Assembly: GCA_048886185.1 (NCBI GenBank)
Contig: JBHLKY010000004.1
Span: forward strand, 30,001 to 62,000
Source of the DNA: Candidatus Hermodarchaeota archaeon
GTDB lineage: Archaea > Asgardarchaeota > Heimdallarchaeia > Hodarchaeales > Hodarchaeaceae
DNA: 32,000 nt
Reading direction: 5' to 3'
In this document: positions 1 through 8,276 of the stretch, in pieces
How the letters are laid out: each line of letters starts with the position of its first letter
Position numbering within the stretch: position 1 is the first letter of the stretch
The notes under the pieces: model-generated
Database searches by the model: none
What the model was told of the DNA's origin: nothing
Seen by the model: the letters and a program-made list of their open reading frames with translations, nothing else
Translations under genes and position numbers: made by a program

Positions 1-698
1 ATGCTTGTTAATAGCGCAGGATCATAATGGGATTTTCCTTGAGTGGATGTACTGCTCCCAATTAAAATCCCTGATTCTGTTTGGTAAATACAAACATTAT
101 AGATGTTGATATTAGGCAGGATAATTTCACCAGTTAACGTTTCTATTAACCAGTCGAATGCTTGATAAAAATTCGTTCCTGTCTTTGCTGACATATGAAA
201 TATATTAATAGCGCGGAAATTCCCCTTTGTTTGAATATCGTAAAGATCAAAATTTTTAAGTAATGTAACGTAGGGATCTACTCCTGATATATCCGCTTTA
301 TTCGCTGCTATAAGAAGAACAGCGTTCTCGGGAATATTTGGCATTGCATTATAGAGAGCAGCTCTACTAGATGGAAAACTGCTAGGATTAGAACAATCTA
401 CCACAAATACTACAGCAGTGGATAATTTCAGATAATCTCCCCAAATCATGTGAAATGACTCTTGCCCACCTAGATCAAATGCTTGAAATTGAACATTTCG
501 ATATACAAACGAGTCAACATTCAATCCCATTGTTCTTACTGAACTCCCATAGAATTCCCCTGTTCTTAAGCGATGAAGAATGGTAGTTTTTCCTGCATAT
601 GCTTCTCCTATGAAGGTAATTAGTTCTTGCTGAGGAGGAGTTGCAGTAGCTTTCTCTTCCTTCGAATGACGTCTAAAGAGTCTCTTTAACAGGGAAAT
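1..698 (-). CDS. Arf-family small GTPase fused to a C-terminal longin/roadblock-like domain (3' end outside the window; not in the ORF track)
   Basis: Manual translation: (I/M)SLLKRLFRRHSKEEK...ITFIGEAYAGKTT (G1), VRTMGLNV (G2, Arf-like TIGFNV), FDLGGQESFHMIW (G3), ANKAD (G4), MSAKTG (G5). It continues LTGEIILPNINIYNVCIYQTESGILIG...DPALLTS to the window edge. Start placed at ATT 698-696, 7 nt after GGAGGA; the exact start codon is uncertain. Confidence 0.9.
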   Translation of the reverse strand, partial: MSLLKRLFRRHSKEEKATATPPQQELITFIGEAYAGKTTILHRLRTGEFYGSSVRTMGLNVDSFVYRNVQFQAFDLGGQESFHMIWGDYLKLSTAVVFVVDCSNPSSFPSSRAALYNAMPNIPENAVLLIAANKADISGVDPYVTLLKNFDLYDIQTKGNFRAINIFHMSAKTGTNFYQAFDWLIETLTGEIILPNINIYNVCIYQTESGILIGSSTSTQGKSHYDPALLTS

Positions 699-765
699 GG
701 GTAAATCCTCCAGTATTTGGTGGATTTATTCAATTGAGCTTTTGATACTTTCAACTATAAGAATC

Positions 766-787
766 TACCTCGAGAATTACCTCGAGA
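766..787. repeat. Tandem 10-bp repeat TACCTCGAGA x2, each copy containing the CTCGAG palindrome, upstream of the Arf gene
   Basis: Copies at 766-775 and 778-787. Confidence 0.5.
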
Positions 788-1330
788 GTTATTCTTCATT
801 CACAAAATAGTTAAAATAAGGTTCGATTAATTATTTCTAAAATGATAAGCAAATTTAAATAGAATAATCAAATTTAGTTTTGACTTTACTATTAGGATAT
901 ATTCTCTCATCGCTTTATGTGGTTAGGAATAGTTCCTGCTTTTTTGGTTACTACTGGAACAAATTTTACTTTGATTGTGGATACCAAAATAAGAATACAA
1001 AAAAACCTGCTATAAGGTCTGAAAACTTATCTACTTCATTTTTATTTCCTGTTTTCTAATAATTTCTAAAAATTCTAAGTAAATCAAGAAATTGACTAAA
1101 ATTCATAATACTTGTATTTCAAATTTGTTTTCATTGAAACATAAAACTCTTGAAATTTTCCTTTACTGGCATTAAACAAAAAAAAATACTTTACATTTGT
1201 GATTAAGTCTCCCCATAACATCAAAATCCTCCATCCTCAATTCTTCGTTCTGTATTTATCGAGTGTAGGGGATTGGATATCTAATTAACAATCATCTTAA
1301 AAACGAAAGGGATTTAAAGCTTTTTTCATG

Positions 1331-1388
1331 TGCGGAGAAATTCTCTAGAACATCGCTTCTGCCTGTATTTGCGGAAATATTCTCTAGA
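1331..1388. promoter_or_regulatory. 19-bp direct repeat pair, possible regulator binding sites
   Basis: TGCGGAGAAATTCTCTAGA (1331-1349) and TGCGGAAATATTCTCTAGA (1370-1388): 17/19 identical, 39-bp period, in the divergent intergenic region between the Arf and PAS genes. Confidence 0.5.
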
Positions 1389-1617
1389 TAGCCTTTTGAG
1401 TTTGAAAATAACAATATTTTATTATCTAGATCGGTTTATTCTTTTGCACTCTCAGGAAATAAGAATGTTTAGAATAATCCGTTAAAAAGGTGATTCAGCG
1501 AGGCGAACAGTTTTAAGGAACAATGAATTATACCCTCAAGAGCAGGTAATTAATTTTATAGACCAGATTATCGGAAATATTACCTCTTCGGGAGTATTTG
1601 TACTAGACCGTAAAACA

Positions 1618-2916
1618 ATGAAGATTATTACTTCTAATGATGATTTTGCCCAAATTCTACGGTATAATTCTGGATCAGACGTTTCTGGACTGACTCTCTG
1701 GGAACTCCTTCTTCCAATGGATATGCAAACACCATTAATGACCTTAAAACAAACAGGGTATTTTCAGGGGGAGGTTCGTGCTTTCACTAAAGGACGAGAC
1801 ATAATTTTGTTAGATTTTACTATCTTAGACATTCATCAATTTAAAATAATCCTTGGAGTAGTTAAAGATATAACTGAACAACAAAAGACTAAAAAACAAT
1901 TAATAGAATCAGAGGCACGGTATCGGGCGTTTGTTGAGAATATTCGAGAAGGACTTATGATTCTAGATGAAGATCAAAGGGTTGTTTTTGTGAATCCAGT
2001 TCTATGCCGCATATTAGGGTATCATAAAACCGATTTAATCAATAGGGCCCTTGTTGAGATTATTAATCCCGAAGAACTTAAATTAATAGAAGCTCAATTA
2101 AAGGATGGCGATAAGAAACCATTTAAACATCTTGAAATGAGAATTAAAACAAAAGATGGACATAATAGATCATTTTTAGTTTCTACAGCTCCACTTTACG
2201 ATTCTGAATCAAAATACACGGGCGCTATCGTTGTGTGTGTTGATGTTACTGATCGTGATCTCGAAAGTGAAAGATTATCAGATACTCGTGGAGTTTTACT
2301 TAAGATAATGATGTCAGAGGCTTCAGAACAGTTACTCCTCACACGAGGATGGTTAGATATACTTCAGGCTTCATTGCCTGAACAACATGAGCGAGTAGAA
2401 AAGCTAATCAAAATAATCGAAAAAGCTATTAGACTTAATCGTCAAATTAATGAACTTGAGACCTTGAAACCAATTTTAGAGTTTCCCTTTCTATTTGTAT
2501 CAATTCAAAAATTCATTCTTAGCCTGGATGAACTATTAAAACCTTTAATCTATTCTAAAGGATGTACTATTAAATTTAATTTACAGCTAGAACAAGCACA
2601 CTTATATAGTTGTCCTAGAGCCTTAATGATAGCTATTGAACAAATTGTATATAATTCTCTTATAAGATTCAGTAATGAAATTTCTTTAGACATTAGTCTA
2701 CTTTCTGATTTTAAAATGCAAATAATCATTACAGATAACGGAAAAACCTTTCTTGAGACTCCAGAATCACCTGAAACATCAAAATTTTTAATGGACATAT
2801 ATTTTGCAGACGTTTTGTTGCGAGAAATTGGTGGAAAAGTAACAATCAACAATATTTTACCCCAAGAAGGTTTAAGATTCTCACTTATTTGCCCAGTTAA
2901 TTCTAGAGATGGTTAG
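1618..2916 (+). CDS. PAS-PAS sensor with degenerate HisKA/HATPase-like domains (probable pseudo-histidine kinase); true start probably upstream of 1618
   Basis: PAS signatures KDITEQ, YRAFVENIREGLMILDEDQRVVFVNPVLCRILGY and VDVTDR. H-box-like MMSEASEQLLLTRGWLDIL lacks the His. N-box IVYNSL, G1-like TDNGKT, no GxG G2 box. Confidence 0.8.
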   Translation: MKIITSNDDFAQILRYNSGSDVSGLTLWELLLPMDMQTPLMTLKQTGYFQGEVRAFTKGRDIILLDFTILDIHQFKIILGVVKDITEQQKTKKQLIESEARYRAFVENIREGLMILDEDQRVVFVNPVLCRILGYHKTDLINRALVEIINPEELKLIEAQLKDGDKKPFKHLEMRIKTKDGHNRSFLVSTAPLYDSESKYTGAIVVCVDVTDRDLESERLSDTRGVLLKIMMSEASEQLLLTRGWLDILQASLPEQHERVEKLIKIIEKAIRLNRQINELETLKPILEFPFLFVSIQKFILSLDELLKPLIYSKGCTIKFNLQLEQAHLYSCPRALMIAIEQIVYNSLIRFSNEISLDISLLSDFKMQIIITDNGKTFLETPESPETSKFLMDIYFADVLLREIGGKVTINNILPQEGLRFSLICPVNSRDG

Positions 2917-2959
2917 AATCTATTAAGTAAAGCTTTTAGTTGAATTCTTAACAGTTCAA

Positions 2960-4309
2960 ATGCTTCAGATGAAAATCAGGAACCCACCTAGCGACCCAAC
3001 TAGCAAACCCTGGCGAGCCTCCACTGTACCAGGATCAGGAGAAGTGCCTATACGACTACAATTACTTTTATTTATGTCATCCGCTCATTTTATTCATCAT
3101 CTTGAACTTTATGCTTTTCCTTCTATGCTTATACTTATTTCCCAAGAAATTCCCTTGAGCTATTTAGAGATGGGGATTCTTGGTTCGTTCCCCATCTTAA
3201 TTATGGCAATTACCTCTCCTATTGTAGGGTATTTTGGCAATAATACTCGCCTCGGATTTTTCATTGTTTTACTTGGTATTTTTCTCTTTTCTTTTTCAAG
3301 TTTCATGATTTCCATTTCTGGGGATTTCTTTAATCTTTTGATAGGGAATATCTTATTAGGACTTGGTTGTACTACATTTCATCCTGTAGGTTTAGGAGTC
3401 TCAGCCAATTCTTTTACTGGGGAAAATAGAGGGAAAGCAATGGCTGTGAATCATGCAGCTGGAGTTATTGGTACTGCTCTCTCCCCTCTTGGGACACTTG
3501 GTTTAGCTATATATATTCTGGGTAATTGGAGGCAAACTTTTTTATTAATTGGTCTTGGATGTCTTATTGCCCTTATTATAATGACCAGTTGGGTAGTTTT
3601 GCAGAGATTAATTACCAGATATATGATTTTAATCCAAAAGGACGATCTTGAAGTTAAAGAAGAACGACCAAGTAAAATATCAGAAAATGATTATAAGAAT
3701 TGGATTATTCTCACATTGGGGATAATAATAACCATTAGTGCTCTTCGAGGGGGAGTCTATAGATTGATAAGTTACTTTACAGTCACTTTATTACGAGATT
3801 TTTACAATGTTGGATCATTTGAAGCAGGGGTAATGACCAGTTTTATATTGCTCCTAGGGTCTGGTAGTGATATATACGGAGCCTACATTAGTGATAAATC
3901 CGGTTCCTATGGAAGAGTGAGAATCATCTTAATTTCTGCTGTAGGCACTAGTTTAGCCATTTTAAGCCTTATTTTTATTACAGAATACTTTTCTGAAATA
4001 TGGGCAATCCTTATTGGATTCTCATTATTTGCTATTTGTTTCTACCTTGCTGGGGGAACTCTTCAAGCACTCATGAGTGATATTGTCCCTCAAGAAAGTA
4101 GGACGTTTTTTTATTCAATCGTTTTCTCGTTAGGATTGGTTGTTAGTTCTATTTCACCAACTCTTTTTGGAGCTTTATTAGATTTATTTCAATCACCAGT
4201 TGCAGGATTCGCGTTCATGCTTCTATTAATTTTTTCTTCCTTTTTTGTAACAATTTTATTTCAGAAACGATTATCCTTTGCAGTAAAGCATGATTTACTC
4301 TCACCCTGA
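2960..4309 (+). CDS. Major facilitator superfamily transporter
   Basis: About 12 hydrophobic segments; MFS-like motifs GAYISDKSGSYGR, TFHPVG and ENRGKAMAVNHAAG. Confidence 0.9.
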   Translation: MLQMKIRNPPSDPTSKPWRASTVPGSGEVPIRLQLLLFMSSAHFIHHLELYAFPSMLILISQEIPLSYLEMGILGSFPILIMAITSPIVGYFGNNTRLGFFIVLLGIFLFSFSSFMISISGDFFNLLIGNILLGLGCTTFHPVGLGVSANSFTGENRGKAMAVNHAAGVIGTALSPLGTLGLAIYILGNWRQTFLLIGLGCLIALIIMTSWVVLQRLITRYMILIQKDDLEVKEERPSKISENDYKNWIILTLGIIITISALRGGVYRLISYFTVTLLRDFYNVGSFEAGVMTSFILLLGSGSDIYGAYISDKSGSYGRVRIILISAVGTSLAILSLIFITEYFSEIWAILIGFSLFAICFYLAGGTLQALMSDIVPQESRTFFYSIVFSLGLVVSSISPTLFGALLDLFQSPVAGFAFMLLLIFSSFFVTILFQKRLSFAVKHDLLSP

Positions 4310-4314
4310 AAGGT

Positions 4315-5769
4315 TTAAGTTAAACCTCTTTCTTTTTGGGCAATAATTAACCATTCAGCTTTCATACCATTTGGAGACAGATTTTGTCTGCCTTTTAGTA
4401 AACGTGGTGAGATTATTTCATCATAACCAAATTCTCTGATACTCAATCCTAATTCTTCGAATATTTCGCAAAAAATTTTATGACAAGGAACGGGGTATCC
4501 TAAGACTGTTGGATTTCCAATAAATAGACCAAAAACTCCATTTTGTTTAAGAGATCGAATAAGCTTCTCGATAATCATGTACATGTCATAAAAATAATTA
4601 TAGATTAGTATGGTGTATTTTCCCACTTGTTTATATTTTGCGAGCTCTATTTTTTCAAGTTTTTCAGCAGTGGATATGAAAATCTCAATGTTTTTTAATT
4701 TATCTCTGATAAAATCAACATCTAAATTCCTTTTAGTACCTAGTTCTCTTCTCGTCAGTTCTCTTACTTTTAAATCATCTACTAGGTTCATCCAGTAGAG
4801 ATCAAGTTTTGTTGATCTAATATACTCTTGTGCATAAATATATGGTGGAGATGTTATAATTAAGTCAACAAATTCTCCATTTAAGGGAAATTCATATGAT
4901 GATACATCTTTACCACCCAAACAGATGATTTTCTTTTTATTTTTTTCTCTACTTCGGATATTATCGATATTCACTTCATATTCATACTCAGGAAATATAT
5001 TCTTCTCTCTAAGATATTCCGTAAGATGTTTCATTTGATTAAAGTATTTTAAGAGTATATTATGGAAAGTATCGTAAGGAATATTAGGATTATCCTTAAC
5101 TTTTACACGCAATTTTTTAATTTGCTTTTCCCTACGTTTTGATTTAAATAATTTTGGTACGTCACGTGCTCCATACGACAGAAAGCGAGAAACATATAAA
5201 GCAGTTATTTTTATCAAGTTTATGAAATCATCTGTATAGTTATCTTCTATAGAAAATATATAACCCCAAATATTTGCTAGAACCTCCTTAAACTCTATAG
5301 GATACCAATGGTCAATATTTTTCCACCTAGGATAGAAAGCTTGATCGTTTCTTTTCATTCTTTCAATAAATTTTGTTATATAAATCGTATTATATTTTAT
5401 ATCCGCTGATCTGTTATCTTCCTTCTCTAAGAATGTATCCAGCTTTATTGGAGTTTTATGAGTTAAATTGAAGGTAATCCGTTGAGTTTTAGCTTTTGTA
5501 AGGAAATTCGTTAATGGATTTATATCGAGACAGATACTGTTATGTCCTAAGCGTAAGGCTTCAATTGCAGTCGAACTACTTCCTGCAAATGGATCTAAAA
5601 TGATTCCATCCTTTTGTTTCAAAAACTTTGAAATAACGTAGTAAGGGACATGGGGAATGAATTTAGCAGGATACGAGTATAGATTATGTGTCAAATAGTT
5701 AACAGGGGGAATTATGTGACTTAAATTTTGTTTAAACGAATAATTTCTTATTTTCATATCCTTATTCAA
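4315..5769 (-). CDS. DNA amino-methyltransferase, alpha-type motif order (probably N4-cytosine)
   Basis: HNLYSYPAKFIP, then motif I DPFAGSSST near the N-terminus, catalytic TSPPY later, and a C-terminal FIGNPTV..VPCH segment. Confidence 0.85.
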   Translation of the reverse strand: MNKDMKIRNYSFKQNLSHIIPPVNYLTHNLYSYPAKFIPHVPYYVISKFLKQKDGIILDPFAGSSSTAIEALRLGHNSICLDINPLTNFLTKAKTQRITFNLTHKTPIKLDTFLEKEDNRSADIKYNTIYITKFIERMKRNDQAFYPRWKNIDHWYPIEFKEVLANIWGYIFSIEDNYTDDFINLIKITALYVSRFLSYGARDVPKLFKSKRREKQIKKLRVKVKDNPNIPYDTFHNILLKYFNQMKHLTEYLREKNIFPEYEYEVNIDNIRSREKNKKKIICLGGKDVSSYEFPLNGEFVDLIITSPPYIYAQEYIRSTKLDLYWMNLVDDLKVRELTRRELGTKRNLDVDFIRDKLKNIEIFISTAEKLEKIELAKYKQVGKYTILIYNYFYDMYMIIEKLIRSLKQNGVFGLFIGNPTVLGYPVPCHKIFCEIFEELGLSIREFGYDEIISPRLLKGRQNLSPNGMKAEWLIIAQKERGLT

Positions 5770-5832
5770 GAAGTTGTAGCTCCTGCTGTAATTATTTCTC
5801 TAATTAAGACCATAATATCTTCTGATGACTAT

Positions 5833-6876
5833 TTAAAAGAAATTTTGCAGGGTCTTAGTCTTGAGGTTGTTTTTCTTTAGTTGATGATGATAATCCTCTA
5901 AAAAAGGAATATGAAGATTTAATCTTTCTAAAGTTTCTCTAAGGATTTTTAATTCTATTTTTTCCTTCTTTGTGAATTTAAAATGTCCTTTCTTCTGGAG
6001 ATTAATGTATTCGATACTCTGACAATATTGGGATAAAAGAATTATAGCTAATTCCATGTGAGGAATAAGTACTGGAGGAGTATATTGGTAAGACTCCTCT
6101 AGAATTCTTTTTTTAATTAATCCCTTTCTTGGGAACTTTTCATATCCAAATCCTTTTTTATTCAATAATCTGGCAGCAGCTAAGGTCGTTCCTGTACCTA
6201 GAAACGGATCAAGAACAGTTGCAGCCCCTTCTACTAGTTTAATACATTTATAAGGCAGTTCTATTGGGAAGGGGGCTTCATGACCTTTCTTTATTGTTAT
6301 TCCTGTGGTTTTTAAATATGGAACTAACCAGATATTACCAGCATCTCTTAAATCTTCTTCAGAATATCTTCCAATATTTGATTTATCCACATAAGGAATC
6401 CCTATTTCTTTTGGATTCATATAATAGGTATTTTTATCTTTAATCAGAACAAAAATATTTTCCCACAGGTTATTTAATCGTCTTTCCCCACCACTTGGTG
6501 TATAATGCCCTTTGCCAAGGAAAGACTTAATCCAAATGATTGTTTGCAGACGATAAAATCCAGTTTTCACTGCAAGTTTTACAACTTCCTCACTAATCCC
6601 TTGATCTGGAGCAGCATCCCCAATATTCAAAAAGAAGATTCCTCTTGGATTTAGAACGCGATGACACTCTTTCCATACCCTTGTTAAAAAGCTGAAGTAT
6701 TCTTTTTTCGGTTTCTTATCATTATATTTTTCTCCTGAATCATCAGAGTAACATTTATTACGATTATACGGAGGAGAGGTAACAATAACATCTATTGAAT
6801 TATCTCTTATTTCATTCATCTTTTCCGAACTTTTATAGAACACAACTTGATTTCCAAAAACTTCACGATCTTCCAT
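5833..6876 (-). CDS. DNA amino-methyltransferase, beta class (m4C or m6A), with a C-terminal extension ending in a PIP-box-like motif
   Basis: IDVIVTSPPY first, then FFLNIGD, IIWIK, HEAPFP and VLDPFLGTGTT. A roughly 90-aa tail ends KTKTLQNFF-stop. Confidence 0.9.
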   Translation of the reverse strand: MEDREVFGNQVVFYKSSEKMNEIRDNSIDVIVTSPPYNRNKCYSDDSGEKYNDKKPKKEYFSFLTRVWKECHRVLNPRGIFFLNIGDAAPDQGISEEVVKLAVKTGFYRLQTIIWIKSFLGKGHYTPSGGERRLNNLWENIFVLIKDKNTYYMNPKEIGIPYVDKSNIGRYSEEDLRDAGNIWLVPYLKTTGITIKKGHEAPFPIELPYKCIKLVEGAATVLDPFLGTGTTLAAARLLNKKGFGYEKFPRKGLIKKRILEESYQYTPPVLIPHMELAIILLSQYCQSIEYINLQKKGHFKFTKKEKIELKILRETLERLNLHIPFLEDYHHQLKKNNLKTKTLQNFF

Positions 6877-7228
6877 TAACTTTCACTAGGTCAATTCCCT
6901 ATATACTTGAGACGGTTTATCCTTGATAAAAAGCTCTTTATTTTTAATTATTACGTTTAAAAATCCCTTTTTAAGTCTGTTTTTATTACTATATAAAATT
7001 GGTTGCTCTCTGCAAATCTAAATTGGTAATGATTGGGCTTATTTAAAATATTAGTTTGATATGTTATTTCTCCCTTAAAAAAAGAAAAAATTAATAATTC
7101 TCTTTTTTTTTAGGCTAATTCGCACGATTTCCGCTTTATCTCACATCAAAGGGCTATAAAAGGTGTCAATTTATGTGATAACTGAGCGAAATACTAGCTA
7201 TCGTGAAAAGAAAATATGCGTGAAAAAG

Positions 7229-7753
7229 ATGAACGAATCTCAAGAAGAAATTGAATTAAACGCAAAGAAAATAAGCGAACTATCACCTTTTGACAGAAAA
7301 CTTGAAGTTACTTTTGTTGTAATGGAAAAAGGTGAACCACGACAGATAACTTCTCGAAAAACAAATGAGGAACATACTTTAGCAGACATCAAAATTGGAG
7401 ATCCAACAGGAACAATCATCTTAACCCTTTGGGATGATACAATAGATCAAGTCACCGAAGGACATACTTACAAAGTTTCAAACGGATATATAAATGTCTT
7501 TCAAGAACATATGCGACTAGCACTTGGAAAATGGGGCTCTCTTGAAGAGACAGATGAAGAAATTACGTTAGATTCTGTAGATGAGGACAACGATCGATCT
7601 AAAGAAGTTCATGAAGATACTCGTAGAAGAAGGAGACCCCGTCGAAGCTATGGTGGATATAACCGTGGTGATCGTGGTGATCGGGGTGATCGGGGTGGTT
7701 ATTCTTCAGGTGACAGGGGTCGATCACGAGATCGAGAGAGAACTCGCTGGTAA
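7229..7753 (+). CDS. ssb: Single-OB-fold ssDNA-binding protein (SSB/RPA) with Arg/Gly/Asp-rich C-terminal tail
   Basis: OB motifs KISELSP, LADIKIGDPTGTIILTLWDD, VSNGYINVF and LALGKWG. The ORF track starts at 7163; ATG 7229 (MNESQEE), after GCGTGA, is the more plausible start. Confidence 0.85.
   Translation: MNESQEEIELNAKKISELSPFDRKLEVTFVVMEKGEPRQITSRKTNEEHTLADIKIGDPTGTIILTLWDDTIDQVTEGHTYKVSNGYINVFQEHMRLALGKWGSLEETDEEITLDSVDEDNDRSKEVHEDTRRRRRPRRSYGGYNRGDRGDRGDRGGYSSGDRGRSRDRERTRW
7664..7696 (+). repeat. 9-bp coding tandem repeat CG(T/G)GGTGAT x3 plus a partial copy (RGD-RGD-RGD-RG)
   Basis: Read directly in the ssb tail. Confidence 0.85.
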
Positions 7754-7769
7754 ATTTCCTGTCTACATT

Positions 7770-7828
7770 AGAGTTGGTGTCTTTAATACGATTCTATAGT
7801 CCAACTCTTTATTTTTCTTATTTTTTCT
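7770..7828 (+). terminator. Hairpin plus T-rich tract after ssb
   Basis: AGAGTTGG (7770-7777) pairs with CCAACTCT (7801-7808) and is followed by TTATTTTTCTTATTTTTTCT. Confidence 0.5.
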
Positions 7829-8276
7829 TAATTCCTCTTATGCCTTGATTTAGAAACTCATTACTTCTATTAGAAGTATATGGGGCATTTCAGCAAAAGT
7901 GTTTTACCCCCATCTTGATAATTTCCCAGAACATGAATCCCCCTCTTTACCGCAGTTAAAGAACATTAGAGAGTAATTTCTTCTATTCAATATGTCTTGT
8001 TAATTATAATACTCTAACTTTACGTTTTTTACTTATCTTCGTAGGAAAAGATTGTTTTTTTATAGGTAAATGATTTCCTATAAGGAATGATAATTTAGTA
8101 TCTTCAAAGCGATACATATTTCTTGAGGATTATTTCAATCGCATTTCAAGGAGTTTTTAACAATTTAATTTTTGAAGCTTGCTGAAAAGTAATTAAAGAA
8201 GAGAATATTCTGCAAATAGAATAGATTGGCAAAATCATTATATTAGAATTATGGATTAAGAAAATCTAGGTAGAAT

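Noticed and set aside
1096-1221. 41-aa minus-strand ORF MLWGDLITNVKYFFLF... after GGAGGA in the Arf/PAS intergenic region
   Set aside because: It has an RBS-like element, but the composition is F/Y/K-biased as expected from AT-rich non-coding DNA, and nothing else supports it.
5373-5400. dif-like core ATATAA-N6-TTATAT (TTGTTATATAA ATCGTA TTATATTTTAT), noticed because xerA is nearby
   Set aside because: It lies inside a methyltransferase coding sequence, the outer arms match poorly, and an all-A/T 6+6 inverted repeat is plausible by chance in this AT-rich DNA. Revisit only if an in vitro XerA binding test or genome-wide dif search points here.
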